Source: an uncultured Muribaculaceae bacterium
GTDB lineage: Bacteria > Bacillota_I > Bacilli_A > RF39 > UBA660
Length of the DNA stretch: 64,000 nucleotides
Assembly: GCA_964369845.1 (NCBI GenBank)
Contig: CAYJFJ010000002.1
Location: 8,242 to 72,241, forward strand
Reading direction: 5' to 3'
Shown: piece by piece, positions 53,687 to 64,000 of the stretch
How positions within the stretch are numbered: position 1 is the stretch's first letter
Layout of the letters: each line of letters starts with the position of its first letter
Notes under the pieces: model-generated
What the model was told of the DNA's origin: nothing
Seen by the model: the letters and a program-made list of their open reading frames with translations, nothing else
Database searches by the model: none
Program-made: the position numbers and the translations under genes

Positions 53687-53781
53687 TTCTTATCACCATT
53701 ATAATTATATTAACTTGCTAGTTAATTATTATATTTTTTGTTCTATGCATAAAAAAAATTGAAAGTTTTAACAATCAATTT

Positions 53782-56700
53782 TTATTTTTCTAAACCTGTA
53801 TACTTTCCAGTTCCGTTGCTTCCATAAAATTTATTTTCTACTAAATCATATAGACCCATTTCACCAGTTGAATTCAATTTAACTGGTATGTAATCTCTTA
53901 TTACTTCACCGTTAGTAGCATCTGTTATTTTAAATGATTTTATTTTTCCGACTAAGTTTCTATTATCAACTGCTCCACTTTGTAGTACGTTTGTTCCGCC
54001 TATTCTAATGTCAGTTTCATATTCAAGCGGAATTAATTTTTGCCCTACAACAGGGTAAGTTATGTCATTTATTTTTAAACTAAATCTAGTAAAATACATT
54101 TTATACCAAACATTGTTTGATAAAATTGGAGAAAAACGTCTTGTAGGTCCACCATAAGCGTTATATACTCCTGATGGCATTACGTGTATTCCTATTGAAT
54201 AGTTATAATCTAACCTTCCTCCAACTATCCATGAACCATTATTTTTTGAAGAATTAGTTACTAAAAATTCTGATTCAAATATATAATCTCCAGTATTAGG
54301 TACTCCTGTTTCGATAAACTGAGTTCCATCACCTTCAACATACTCAAGTAATGTATAAGTATCCAATACTACAATTGTAGTGTTTATAACGTTTGTAAGT
54401 CCTGCAACTGATGTAGCAGTACATGTAAGATCATGAGTTCCTACAGAAAGTGATGTTGTATCAATTATGTTACAAATGAAAGTTCCTGTTGATGGACCAA
54501 ATGATGTTTCAAAATAACTATAAACATCTACTTCTTGTTCATTTTCAATTTCTATTGGTTTTTTCTGACTAATTGATGGAATTGTTTGATCTATTTTTAT
54601 TGTTTCGCTAAACGTTACTTCATTACCAGCGTTATCTTTTATTAAAATATTTACTGTTGTTCCAATAGTATTACCATTAATTTCTGCAATATCTATAGTT
54701 GCATAATCTACTCCTGATACACTATCTATTCCAGATGGGTTTTGAATAGTTACATCTGAAGTATACCATCCATTTGATCCAAGTGTTCCTATTATAACTA
54801 AATCTCCTAGCAATGGAAATTCTTTATCGATTTTAACTTCTTGACTTTCATTAGTTATGTGCCCTGCATTATCTTCTGTATTAAGTTCTACTGTAGTATT
54901 TGTAGTACTTCCAGTAATAATAGTAATATTAAGTTCAGATTCCTTAACTCCTGATATATCGTCTGTTCCACTTGTGTTTTCCACTGTAACATCTGATGTA
55001 TACCATCCATTTTCACCTTCAGTTCCATTTAAAACTATTTCTCCTGAATCCGGGTTTTTTAAATCTACTTTTATGTCAAATACTGCTGTTGCAACGTGAC
55101 CTGCCATATCTAGTACTTGAAATTCTATTTGAGTTCCTGTTGTTTCATAGTCAATTACTACATCTAAAGCATTTAACGCTGAAGTATTGACTCCTGAAAT
55201 TGCATCTGTTGCTATAATATTTTCAACTTCTACAATTGATGTATACCATCCGTTTGCTAAATTTCCTGTTAAATCATAACTATGAATAATTGGCGCCGTT
55301 TTATCTATTTTTAAATTTACTATTTCTGTTTTTATATTTCCTGCTTTATCTACTGCTGTTATTATTAAATCTGTTCCACTAGTTTCTTCTGTAAAAGAAG
55401 TTTTATTTGCAGAAACCGATACAACACCCGATAAATTATCTGTTGCTGTTGGTGTACTTACATCTACATTAGATACATAATAATTATTTGATCCCTTTGT
55501 TCCAGAAATACTATAATTTACTACCGGAGCTGTTTTGTCTATTTTCACTAATACTTTTTCTTCTGCATAGTTTCCTGCATTATCAGTTACTTTTATAGTA
55601 ATATATTCACCTGTTGTTTCATTACTTAATGTTTCATTAATAATTTCTACATCTTTTATTCCTGAAATGCTATCTACTACATCATAAGATGTTAATTCAA
55701 CATCTGTATTATACCACTCTTTTGGTACTGAGTTATTTATTAAAATATTAGATATTTCTGGTTTACTTTTATCTATATTATATACTTCACTACAAATTGT
55801 TTCAGTTAATTTACCATCATTATATGCATTTACACATATCTTCTTTGATCCTTCATCACTTAAAGATATTTTCTCATCGTAAAGGGTAGCTGGATTACAA
55901 GTTTCATTTGAAGTTATGCAGTATTTAATATTATCTACATCTTCTAAAATATCTAAAGTGATATTTAAATTCTCATCATACCAAGCATTAGTTGCCTCTG
56001 AATCATTTTCAAAATCTACTGTAAATGCAACCTTAGTTATTGAGATATTTCTATTTATTAAAGTTTCATTTCCTGCTTTATCTACCGCTTTATAAGTCAC
56101 AGTATACTCGCCTACTTTTGATGTATCTATATTACTATTTACAATCTCATAATCACCAGATAAACCTGATATAGAATCACTTACCAGTACACCATCATTC
56201 AAATTGATTTTTTCATTAACCTTTATATTTATATCAGTAATTCCTGTAAATATAGGTCCTTCTTTATCTATTTTAACATTTTTAGAAGTTTCACTACTAT
56301 TACCTGCTTTATCATATGTTATAAGTGATATATCATATGATTTTATACTTCCATTTACATTTTTAGTACTTAAAATTGATTTATCTATACCTGATGTTTC
56401 ATCCGTTCCTTCTTTATAAGAAATATTTAAATCACTTGTGTACCATCCATTTAAACCTATAGTCCCATCAATTATAATTTCTCCTACTATAGGATTTTCT
56501 TTATCTACTTTTATAGTAAATTCTTTTGCACTTACATTGCCTGCATTATCTATTGAAGTAATTATTATTTTTTCTCCAGTTGTATCATAATTTATTTCAT
56601 CAATATTTATAGTAGTTTCTTTTACTCCTGATAATTCATCTGTTGCATTAATATTTTCAATTACAACATCACTTATATACCAACCATTTTCTCCAAGAGT

Positions 56701-57336
56701 TCCTTTTATCACACTTGTAGCAATTATAGGTGCTTCTTTATCTATTAAATAATTATCACTACAAATTATTTCACTATAACTTCCATCACTATAAACTGCT
56801 TTTACACAAACTTTATTTGTATAACTACTTTGATTTAAGTTTATGTCTTCTTTATATTCATCTGATGGAACACATTTTTCTTCAGTAGTTGTGCAGTATA
56901 ATAATTTAGTTATATCTTCTTCATCATAACTAAGTGATACTGATACATCTTCATTAGTTAATTCATTATCATTATCACTATTAAAGCTAACATCAAATGT
57001 CTTATCTCCTACATTACAATCAAAGTTTTTACCATCATATATACAGTATTTTTCTACTTTGTCTTCTTCTACTTCACAACCATAAAATTCAAGTATTCCT
57101 GCTGTATAAACCACTTTATCACAAGAATATTTTGAATCAATGTACTTCTCTGGAACTTTTCCTTCTTCTAAATTGTATTCATTTAAATTTGAATATAAAT
57201 CTTTACCAAATTCGTAAAATGTTTCTGTTGGTTTAAAAACACAAGAAACAAGCATTAAAATAATTATTATGATTATAATAATTACAGCTATAATTCTTTT
57301 TATCTTTCTTTTTTTATCTTCACTCATTTTACTCAC
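53782..57336 (-). CDS. Giant membrane-anchored surface protein: ~9 Ig-like repeats (GWY..D..SG motif) + C-terminal lectin-like domain
   Basis: N-terminal TM (IIAVIIIIIIIILMLVSCVF). Repeated units ...GENGWYTSDVTV.N..GTD..SGV......I... recur. One DUF5011-like unit. C-terminal LLEYVEGDGTQFIETG....GLYDLVENKFYGSNGTGKYTG module. Confidence 0.6.
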   Translation of the reverse strand: MSKMSEDKKRKIKRIIAVIIIIIIIILMLVSCVFKPTETFYEFGKDLYSNLNEYNLEEGKVPEKYIDSKYSCDKVVYTAGILEFYGCEVEEDKVEKYCIYDGKNFDCNVGDKTFDVSFNSDNDNELTNEDVSVSLSYDEEDITKLLYCTTTEEKCVPSDEYKEDINLNQSSYTNKVCVKAVYSDGSYSEIICSDNYLIDKEAPIIATSVIKGTLGENGWYISDVVIENINATDELSGVKETTINIDEINYDTTGEKIIITSIDNAGNVSAKEFTIKVDKENPIVGEIIIDGTIGLNGWYTSDLNISYKEGTDETSGIDKSILSTKNVNGSIKSYDISLITYDKAGNSSETSKNVKIDKEGPIFTGITDINIKVNEKINLNDGVLVSDSISGLSGDYEIVNSNIDTSKVGEYTVTYKAVDKAGNETLINRNISITKVAFTVDFENDSEATNAWYDENLNITLDILEDVDNIKYCITSNETCNPATLYDEKISLSDEGSKKICVNAYNDGKLTETICSEVYNIDKSKPEISNILINNSVPKEWYNTDVELTSYDVVDSISGIKDVEIINETLSNETTGEYITIKVTDNAGNYAEEKVLVKIDKTAPVVNYSISGTKGSNNYYVSNVDVSTPTATDNLSGVVSVSANKTSFTEETSGTDLIITAVDKAGNIKTEIVNLKIDKTAPIIHSYDLTGNLANGWYTSIVEVENIIATDAISGVNTSALNALDVVIDYETTGTQIEFQVLDMAGHVATAVFDIKVDLKNPDSGEIVLNGTEGENGWYTSDVTVENTSGTDDISGVKESELNITIITGSTTNTTVELNTEDNAGHITNESQEVKIDKEFPLLGDLVIIGTLGSNGWYTSDVTIQNPSGIDSVSGVDYATIDIAEINGNTIGTTVNILIKDNAGNEVTFSETIKIDQTIPSISQKKPIEIENEQEVDVYSYFETSFGPSTGTFICNIIDTTSLSVGTHDLTCTATSVAGLTNVINTTIVVLDTYTLLEYVEGDGTQFIETGVPNTGDYIFESEFLVTNSSKNNGSWIVGGRLDYNYSIGIHVMPSGVYNAYGGPTRRFSPILSNNVWYKMYFTRFSLKINDITYPVVGQKLIPLEYETDIRIGGTNVLQSGAVDNRNLVGKIKSFKITDATNGEVIRDYIPVKLNSTGEMGLYDLVENKFYGSNGTGKYTGLEK

Positions 57337-57430
57337 CTATATTATCATAAATAATTATAACATTTCATAATATGTTTTGTATACTATTTTATAGTTATTA
57401 TTATGAATAATTTTTAAAAAAACATGATAA

Positions 57431-58465
57431 TTATTCATTACCATGTTCTTCGTGAATGTCTCCTACTATTTGAGCAAGTATATCATCCATTGTTACTATT
57501 CCTACTGATGCATTTTTATAGTCTGTTATAACTGCTATTTGTAAATTGTTTTTTTGCATTCTTTTAAATACTTCATTTATATATTTACTTTTTTTAATAT
57601 ATATTGGAGTTACCATAATTTTTTTAATATCATTTTTTTTATTATGTAAATTTTTCAATATATCTTTAACATACAAAATACCTACTATATCTTTGTCTTC
57701 TTCGTCAAAAACTGGAATTCTACTATATTTATATCCTTCCTCTGATAATATTTTCACTAAACTTTCAAATGAAATATTTACATTTATGCCAAAAATGTCT
57801 TCTTTTTTTATTATTACTTCTTCAATACCTTTATCATTAAATTCTAAGACATTATTTATAAATTCTTTTTCATACTCTAAAATAGCGCCTTTTTCTTCTC
57901 CATGATCTACTACCATTCTTATTTCTTCTTCTGTAACTATTACTTCATCATGTTCGCCAACACCAAATAATTTTGATACAACATTAGTTACTTTCATTAA
58001 AAGATAAACAAATGGATATGTTATTACACTAACTATATTTAGAAAATTAATAGTTTTAAAAGAAATTTTTTCACTATGTTTCATCGCTATTCTTTTTGGC
58101 ACTAATTCTCCAAATATAAGCATTAGACATGATAGTAAAATTGTTATCAATATTATTGCCACTGCATTTAACATATCATAACTTAAAAATGGAAATAACT
58201 TATGAAAAAGGGGAGCTAATTTATCTGCAAATGTATCAGATGCAAAGGCACTTGATAAAAATCCTGCAAATGTAATACCTATTTGTATAGTCGCTAAAAA
58301 TCTACTTGGTGATTTTAACATTTTTTCTATTTCTATTGCTTTTTTATTTCCCTCTTTAGACATATTAGCAATTTTTACATCATTTAGTGATACAAAAGCC
58401 ATTTCTATTGATGCAAATAATGCATTTAAACCTATTAATATTATTAAAATTACTATCTCAAACAT
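57431..58465 (-). CDS. CNNM/DUF21 + CBS-pair membrane protein (hemolysin-C/CorC-like transporter family)
   Basis: DUF21 TM region (LNALFASIEMAFVSLN), followed by tandem CBS domains. Confidence 0.75.
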   Translation of the reverse strand: MFEIVILIILIGLNALFASIEMAFVSLNDVKIANMSKEGNKKAIEIEKMLKSPSRFLATIQIGITFAGFLSSAFASDTFADKLAPLFHKLFPFLSYDMLNAVAIILITILLSCLMLIFGELVPKRIAMKHSEKISFKTINFLNIVSVITYPFVYLLMKVTNVVSKLFGVGEHDEVIVTEEEIRMVVDHGEEKGAILEYEKEFINNVLEFNDKGIEEVIIKKEDIFGINVNISFESLVKILSEEGYKYSRIPVFDEEDKDIVGILYVKDILKNLHNKKNDIKKIMVTPIYIKKSKYINEVFKRMQKNNLQIAVITDYKNASVGIVTMDDILAQIVGDIHEEHGNE

Positions 58466-58489
58466 AACTTCTCCTTATAAACTCTACTT

Positions 58490-59131
58490 CTAGCTTCTCT
58501 TTCTAGAACTTCTGTTTTTTCTTTTCATTTCGTACAGTTTTTTATCTGCCTCTTTATAACTATCTTCATAGTCATCTAACTTTGCTACTCCATAACTAAT
58601 TGATAATCCTGCAGGATTATCAAGCTGTAAATCTATATACTCTATTTTGTGTTTTATTAATTCCATTCTACTTTTTATTAATTCTTCTGCGATTCCACTT
58701 AGAATAACTACAAATTCATCTCCACCAGTTCTTGCAACTATATCCCCTGCTCTTATACCAGACTTAATAAATGTTACTACTTTTTTTAAAGTTTCATCTC
58801 CTTGGTGATGCCCATTATAATCATTTACATACTTAAAATTATCTAAATCCAAACAGACAATGTATGCCTGCTCTTTATTTATATTCATCAAGCTCTTTTT
58901 TAATCCACTTAAATTCAAAGCATTTGTAAGTGGATCTGTTATATTACATTCTTCAAGTACCACATTATGTGTTAATAGCTTTTCGTTTTCTTTTTTTAAT
59001 AATCTATTTTCTTCTTGTAAAGATTTATTTGTTTCTATAATTTTATTTACTTCTGATATAACATAACGCATACCATAAACATTATTTTTATTTGCATTTA
59101 CTAATATTTTGAAAATCCCATCGTAATTCAT
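58490..59131 (-). CDS. GGDEF-domain diguanylate cyclase with N-terminal coiled coil
   Basis: RTGGDEFVVIL active site, with an RxxD-like site upstream. Start moved to ATG 59131 (RBS GAGGT); the track start at 59218 adds an implausible Phe/Tyr/Leu-rich extension. Confidence 0.75.
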   Translation of the reverse strand: MNYDGIFKILVNANKNNVYGMRYVISEVNKIIETNKSLQEENRLLKKENEKLLTHNVVLEECNITDPLTNALNLSGLKKSLMNINKEQAYIVCLDLDNFKYVNDYNGHHQGDETLKKVVTFIKSGIRAGDIVARTGGDEFVVILSGIAEELIKSRMELIKHKIEYIDLQLDNPAGLSISYGVAKLDDYEDSYKEADKKLYEMKRKNRSSRKRS

Positions 59132-59210
59132 CTTGACCTCATACTGTGCTTTTACAATATTATAACATGCGTTAACTAGATAATAAAGTTTTAAATAAAA
59201 AAAACATAAA

Positions 59211-59930
59211 TTATACATTTATGCTTTCAAAATATTTTAAAAGTTCTTCACAAACTTTTTTATCCATGTTAGGTGTTCCTTTTAATTTGTATTCTAAATT
59301 AAATTTTTCATATTTTGCTTCTCCATAATTATGATATGGTAAAAATTCTATTTTAGTAACATTTTTAATATCTTTTATATATTCTTTTAAACCTTTTATA
59401 TATTCAAAATTATCATTTATTCCTGGTATTATTACTTGTCTTATCCAAATATTATTTTTATAGTTAGCAAGCTGATCTAAAAATAATGTGAAGTTATCAA
59501 TTTCAAAACCTGTAATAAATTTATAACCATCTCTAGTAATATGCTTAATGTCTAATAAAAACAAATCTACATATTCAAATAATTTAGTAAAATCTGAATT
59601 AACAGCTCCAGATGTATCAACTGCAATATGTATATTTTCTTCTTTAAGCATTTTACATATTTCAAGTAGAAAATCTAAATGAAGAAGAGGTTCTCCCCCT
59701 GAGAATGTTACTCCTCCTCCATTTTTAAAATAACTTTTATTACGAACTATTTTATCAAATACTTCTTTAGTTGTCATCTGTGTTCCTGGTGTTGCCCAAG
59801 TTTCTGGATTATGACAATAAATACATCTAATCGGACATCCACTTAAAAATATTACTGTTCTAATTCCTGGACCATCAACCATTCCAGCTGATTCAATCGA
59901 ACTTACATATGTTTTTTTATAATTTGTCAT
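59211..59930 (-). CDS. pflA: Pyruvate formate-lyase activating enzyme (radical SAM)
   Basis: [12 protein letters not shown] (CxxxCxxC), [10 protein letters not shown]. Overlaps the pflB stop. Confidence 0.92.
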   Translation of the reverse strand: MTNYKKTYVSSIESAGMVDGPGIRTVIFLSGCPIRCIYCHNPETWATPGTQMTTKEVFDKIVRNKSYFKNGGGVTFSGGEPLLHLDFLLEICKMLKEENIHIAVDTSGAVNSDFTKLFEYVDLFLLDIKHITRDGYKFITGFEIDNFTLFLDQLANYKNNIWIRQVIIPGINDNFEYIKGLKEYIKDIKNVTKIEFLPYHNYGEAKYEKFNLEYKLKGTPNMDKKVCEELLKYFESINV

Positions 59931-62145
59931 GGAAAGTTCTTTCGATTACTTCTGTTTGTTGTTCTTTCGTTAATCGATTAAATCTCACGGCATATCCTGA
60001 TACACGTATTGTAAGTAGTGGATATTTTTCTGGATTATTCATAGCGTCTATTAAAGTTTCCTTAGATAACACATTTACATTTAAATGATGTGCATCCTGT
60101 GCAAAATATCCATCTAGTAAACTTACTAAATTATTAATTTGAACTTCTCTATTTTCTCCTAAAGATGCTGGTGTTATACTAAATGTATTTGACACTCCAT
60201 CTTTACAACAATCTTTATAATCAATTTTAGCTACTGAATTAAGTGATGCTATTGCTCCTGTTTCATCTCTATTATGCATTGGATTAGCTCCTGGTGCAAA
60301 TGCAACTCCTTTTTTTCTCCCATCAGGTGTAGCACCTGTTTTTTTACCGTAAACAACATTCGATGTAATTGTTAATACTGATAAAGTCGGTTCTGCATTT
60401 TTATAACATTTATGAGATTTTAATTCACTAGAGAATTTTTCTAAAACTTCAATAGCTATACTATCTACTGAATCGTTATCATTACCATATTTTGGGAAAT
60501 CTCCTTCGATTTCAAAATCTATAGCTATTCCTTCTTCATTTCTAATTGGTTTAACTTTTGCATATTTAATTGCTGATAGTGAATCTGCTACTACAGAAAT
60601 TCCAGCTACTCCATATGCCATATACTGATGAACTTTAGAGTCATGAAGTGCCATTTGTGCTGCTTCATAAGCATACTTATCATGCATATAATGTATTATA
60701 TTCATGGCTTTAGCATAAGTTGTACAAACTGTATTTATAACTTTAAAGAAGTTTTCTTTAACTGTTTCATAATCAAGTACTTCTGATGTATCTTTATCTA
60801 TGTCATCAATTACTTTAATACCTTTAACTTCATCTACTCCACCATTAATTGCATATAAAAGTGCTTTTGCTGCATTACATCTAGCTCCAAAAAACTGCAT
60901 ATCTTTTCCAAGTCTCATTCCAGATACACAACAAGCTATTGCATAATCTTGTCCATATATAGGTCTCATCAAGTCATCATTTTCATATTGAATTGAATCT
61001 GTTAAAATTGAGATTTCTGCACAGTAATCTTTGAAATTTTTAGGAAGATTTTCACTCCATAAAATTGTCATGTTAGGTTCAGGTGATGGTTTTAAGTTTA
61101 TAAGCGTATGTAAAAGTCTATATGCTGTTTTAGTAACCATACTTTTTCCAGTAGTTGTTGCTCCTGCAATAGATGCAGTAACCCAAGTTGGATCTCCTGA
61201 GAATAATTCATCATACTCTGGAGTTCTTAAATGTCTTACTAATCTAAGTTTAATAACTAACTGGTCTATAAGTTCTTGAACTTCTGATTCAGTTATTTCA
61301 CCATTTTCAAGGTCACGCTCAAAATAAATATCTAAGAATGCATCAATTCTACCGAAACTCATTGCTGCTCCGTTATTTTCTTTTATTGCAGCTAAATAAC
61401 CAAAATATGTCCACTGAACTGCTTCTTTAGAATTATTTGCAGGCTTACTAATATCATATCCATATTTTAAAGCCATTTCTTTAATTTCATTTAAACTTCT
61501 AATTTGAGTTGCTATTTCTTCTCTTAATTGAATTAAATCACTACTCATTTCACTTGAAGTTGTATTTTTATAATCTTTTTTCTTATCTTCAATTAATCTA
61601 TCAATACCGTATAATGCTACTCTTCTGTAATCTCCAATTATTCTTCCTCTACCATAAGCATCTGGAAGTCCAGTTAATAAACCTACTTTTCTAGCTTTTA
61701 AAATATCTTCATCATATGCATCAAAAACTCCATCGTTATGTGTTTTTCTATACGAAGGAAAGTGTTTTTTTATTTCTCCGTTTAGTTCATATCCATAAGC
61801 ATCTAAACTAGATAAAGCCATACGCATACCACCATACGGATTAACTATTCTTTTAAGTGGTGCATCTGTTTGAAGTCCTACTACTACTTCATTATCTTTA
61901 TCAATATAACCAGCTTCAAAATTATTAACTCCACTTATAGCGTTTACTTCAATATCTAAAACACCTTTTTTAAGTTCTTCACTAATAAGGTTTTCATATT
62001 TTTCAACTACTACATTTGTTTTAGCTGTAGTTTCTTCTAAAAAACTTTTATCCCCTTCATAATTTTTATAATTTTCGTTAATAAAATTTTCTACATTTAT
62101 TTCATTTTTCCAAATTTCACCAACAAAATTTTTCCATTCATTCAT
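59917..62145 (-). CDS. pflB: Formate C-acetyltransferase (pyruvate formate-lyase)
   Basis: Glycyl-radical motif RVSGYAVRF and catalytic IACCVSGM. Start at ATG 62145 behind RBS GAGGAGG. Confidence 0.95.
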   Translation of the reverse strand: MNEWKNFVGEIWKNEINVENFINENYKNYEGDKSFLEETTAKTNVVVEKYENLISEELKKGVLDIEVNAISGVNNFEAGYIDKDNEVVVGLQTDAPLKRIVNPYGGMRMALSSLDAYGYELNGEIKKHFPSYRKTHNDGVFDAYDEDILKARKVGLLTGLPDAYGRGRIIGDYRRVALYGIDRLIEDKKKDYKNTTSSEMSSDLIQLREEIATQIRSLNEIKEMALKYGYDISKPANNSKEAVQWTYFGYLAAIKENNGAAMSFGRIDAFLDIYFERDLENGEITESEVQELIDQLVIKLRLVRHLRTPEYDELFSGDPTWVTASIAGATTTGKSMVTKTAYRLLHTLINLKPSPEPNMTILWSENLPKNFKDYCAEISILTDSIQYENDDLMRPIYGQDYAIACCVSGMRLGKDMQFFGARCNAAKALLYAINGGVDEVKGIKVIDDIDKDTSEVLDYETVKENFFKVINTVCTTYAKAMNIIHYMHDKYAYEAAQMALHDSKVHQYMAYGVAGISVVADSLSAIKYAKVKPIRNEEGIAIDFEIEGDFPKYGNDNDSVDSIAIEVLEKFSSELKSHKCYKNAEPTLSVLTITSNVVYGKKTGATPDGRKKGVAFAPGANPMHNRDETGAIASLNSVAKIDYKDCCKDGVSNTFSITPASLGENREVQINNLVSLLDGYFAQDAHHLNVNVLSKETLIDAMNNPEKYPLLTIRVSGYAVRFNRLTKEQQTEVIERTFHDKL

Positions 62146-62237
62146 TGTTATTCCTCCTCGAACATTTATAATTTTAACATATTTCGATTTGAAAAAAAAC
62201 ATTTTTTTAGAAAAATTTTGCCCTATTTTACTAATAT

Positions 62238-62777
62238 TTATTTTTTATTTACTAATTCAGGTATTTCTAGTAGAAAATTGAGGGAATTTACACTTTTAAA
62301 ACTAGTGTTTAATTCATTCCACTCATCTATTTGATTATTATTTGTATCAAAAAATATAGCTTTTCCTTTATAGTTTTCCCAATCTTTACAATTTCTAATA
62401 GTATCATCTATTAAAATATTTCCAACAGGATTTACTGCACTACTTTTAGATTCTTCAAACGCTACTGATATAACTTCTAAATCTACTTCATTATCTTTTA
62501 GAATTTTCCTTTTTGCTTCACACTCTACTTCATAATAACCACACTTGGTTAATATAAATACTTTATCTTTCCTAAGTTTTTTCAGGACACTAAAAGCACC
62601 ATTTATTTCAGGACATTTTTTAAGTGTTTCATACCAATTTATTTTACTAAAATAATTTATAAATTCTTTTCTACTCCAGTTTTCATTACCAGGTATTTTT
62701 AATTTTTCCTCAAATACTACTGGATAAGTATCTAGTATTACTCCATCAAAATCTATATAATATATAATTTTTTTCAT
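62238..62777 (-). CDS. HAD-superfamily hydrolase, 5'(3')-deoxyribonucleotidase-like
   Basis: [14 protein letters not shown] (DxD nucleophile motif) and LIDD near the C-terminal third. Confidence 0.5.
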   Translation of the reverse strand: MKKIIYYIDFDGVILDTYPVVFEEKLKIPGNENWSRKEFINYFSKINWYETLKKCPEINGAFSVLKKLRKDKVFILTKCGYYEVECEAKRKILKDNEVDLEVISVAFEESKSSAVNPVGNILIDDTIRNCKDWENYKGKAIFFDTNNNQIDEWNELNTSFKSVNSLNFLLEIPELVNKK

Positions 62778-62859
62778 AATAAATTATATGCAATGAAATA
62801 AGATAATTGACTATATTTATTTTTAATGTATAATACTAGTAAATTAATCAGGAGGAATT

Positions 62860-63345
62860 ATGGAAACATGCAACTTAATAACAGAAATTGAATTTAACAT
62901 TAAAAATAAATATGACTTTGAAAATTTATCTTTAACCGAACAAAAAAATATAGTTTTTTACGAACTTAGAATTTATTTAGAAAATATTATTTTTAAGTAT
63001 ACAGGCGCCGTGCAAATTATAAATTATTCAACTACTGAATACGAAAATTTACTTAGCACTATTAGAACGTTTTTCTTATGTTATTACAGTCATAATATAG
63101 ACAAAGAAGTAGATATCGGTAACATATTACTTTATTTTCTTTATATGGCTTCATCAATTCAAAATAAAAATGTAGCCTTAGATGTATATGAAGCAGGACA
63201 CTTAAAATTTTATGAAAATGTTTTTGATGAAAATAATAATTGGTTAAGTTTTTCAAAAAATAATGACCAAGACATAAATGAATCAATTTTATACATAGCT
63301 GATTTTTTCGAAAATGAATTTAATCCTAATACTTATACAATTTAA
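62860..63345 (+). CDS. Hypothetical acidic cytoplasmic protein
   Basis: 161-aa ORF behind RBS AGGAGGA. I recognise no motif. Confidence 0.4.
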   Translation: METCNLITEIEFNIKNKYDFENLSLTEQKNIVFYELRIYLENIIFKYTGAVQIINYSTTEYENLLSTIRTFFLCYYSHNIDKEVDIGNILLYFLYMASSIQNKNVALDVYEAGHLKFYENVFDENNNWLSFSKNNDQDINESILYIADFFENEFNPNTYTI

Positions 63346-63369
63346 AAAGAAGATCACTCTTCTTTTTTT
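63344..63369. terminator. Bidirectional terminator between convergent genes
   Basis: AAAAAGAAGA-TCAC-TCTTCTTTTT hairpin. Confidence 0.75.
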
Positions 63370-63371
63370 GT

Positions 63372-64000
63372 TTATTCAGTTGCTATAAATGTAAATGTAG
63401 TTGGTTTACCACTTGTTGCATTTAATATATCTGCATCTGCCTGTGTTTTTGCATAAGCCTCGGTTATGTTAGTTGAGTCTTGAAACATACTCTGACTATC
63501 TGTAACGCTAGACATATCAAAACTACTCAAATCCAAGCTCGTCAACGACATATCACGAAACATATTTGTTATATTTGTTACATTACTTGTATTAAAGTTT
63601 GTCACATGCAAACTAACTAAAGAGCTTGTTCCATGAAACATTCCTTGCATACTTTTCACTTTACTTGTATCAAAGTTTGTCACATCTAAATTTATTAATG
63701 AACTCATTCCCAGAAACATATAAGACATGTTCGTTACATTACTTGTGTTGAATTTTGTCAAATTCAAATTTGCTAATGAACTTGTATTTAAAAACATATT
63801 AGCCATATTCGTCACTTTACTGGTATCAAAACTTGTTAAATCCAGATTATTTAAATTCATCATATATTGAAACATATAAGACATATTCGTTACTTCACTT
63901 GTATCAAAATTTGTTAATTCTAAACTAGTTAATGAACTTACACCGGCAAACATTCCACTCATATTTATTACATTACTTGTATCGAATTTTGTCATTGCTA
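63372..64000 (-). CDS. DUF285/BspA-type leucine-rich repeat surface protein; the N-terminus lies beyond the right window edge
   Basis: At least 7 tandem ~26-aa repeats L(T/D)xFDTS(N/K)VTNMxxMFxxxxSLxxL. The frame stays open upstream of the track Met (63995) to position 64000. Confidence 0.7.
   Translation of the reverse strand, partial: AMTKFDTSNVINMSGMFAGVSSLTSLELTNFDTSEVTNMSYMFQYMMNLNNLDLTSFDTSKVTNMANMFLNTSSLANLNLTKFNTSNVTNMSYMFLGMSSLINLDVTNFDTSKVKSMQGMFHGTSSLVSLHVTNFNTSNVTNITNMFRDMSLTSLDLSSFDMSSVTDSQSMFQDSTNITEAYAKTQADADILNATSGKPTTFTFIATE

Noticed and set aside
63372-64000. Regular ~78-nt periodic DNA repeats that might suggest a CRISPR-like or satellite array.
   Set aside because: The periodicity is in-frame and encodes DUF285/BspA leucine-rich repeats. 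The repeats are imperfect and contiguous with no unique spacers. No CRISPR array, tRNA, rRNA, IS element, integrase or transposase was recognised anywhere in the window.
1-64000. Possibility of Mollicute-type genetic code 4 (TGA = Trp), given the AT-richness and DUF285 proteins.
   Set aside because: TGA terminates conserved genes at the expected length, for example both ftsW copies at 38031 and 39927. Conserved Trp positions are TGG, and long ORFs are intact under the standard code.

Overview
This 64-kb window is a chromosomal segment of a very AT-rich, cell-walled Bacillota (Firmicutes)-like bacterium. It uses the standard genetic code: TGA is a real stop and Trp is TGG. There are about 60 protein genes, all but four on the minus strand. 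I saw no rRNA, tRNA, CRISPR array, transposase or integrase. The backbone is housekeeping: valS behind a T-box leader, pyk, cmk, lysS, trpS, mraY, a PBP2B-type transpeptidase, an ftsW/rodA-family gene, a rel homologue, pflB-pflA and helD. Accessory blocks are interleaved with it. (i) Two paralogous secreted proteins have a TasA/camelysin-like N-domain and unrelated C-terminal modules; a third DUF285/BspA-repeat protein lies at the right edge. (ii) An alkylation-repair operon: alkD-like, ada, ogt, DUF1848. (iii) A dense set of nucleotide and small-molecule hydrolases: three stand-alone Nudix, a Nudix-PHP fusion, HIT, MazG-like, HD, GDPD, two HAD, ATP-grasp, GrpB-GNAT and EEP. (iv) A rubredoxin-[FeFe]-hydrogenase fusion. 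(v) Two adjacent genes built from tandem RNA polymerase alpha-CTD-like domains. The most unusual locus is 38.0-40.3 kb. There a two-gene Fic + HIT cassette, each gene behind its own copy of the same ~60-nt leader, is bracketed by a 377-bp direct repeat of the ftsW 3' end. The repeat switches abruptly from near-identity to heavy synonymous divergence. A truncated foreign-looking GDPD 5' fragment and a perfect 29-nt palindrome accompany it. I read this as a recombinase-less insertion carrying a candidate AMPylation / de-AMPylation module. All functional calls come from motif recognition by eye, and no database search was possible.
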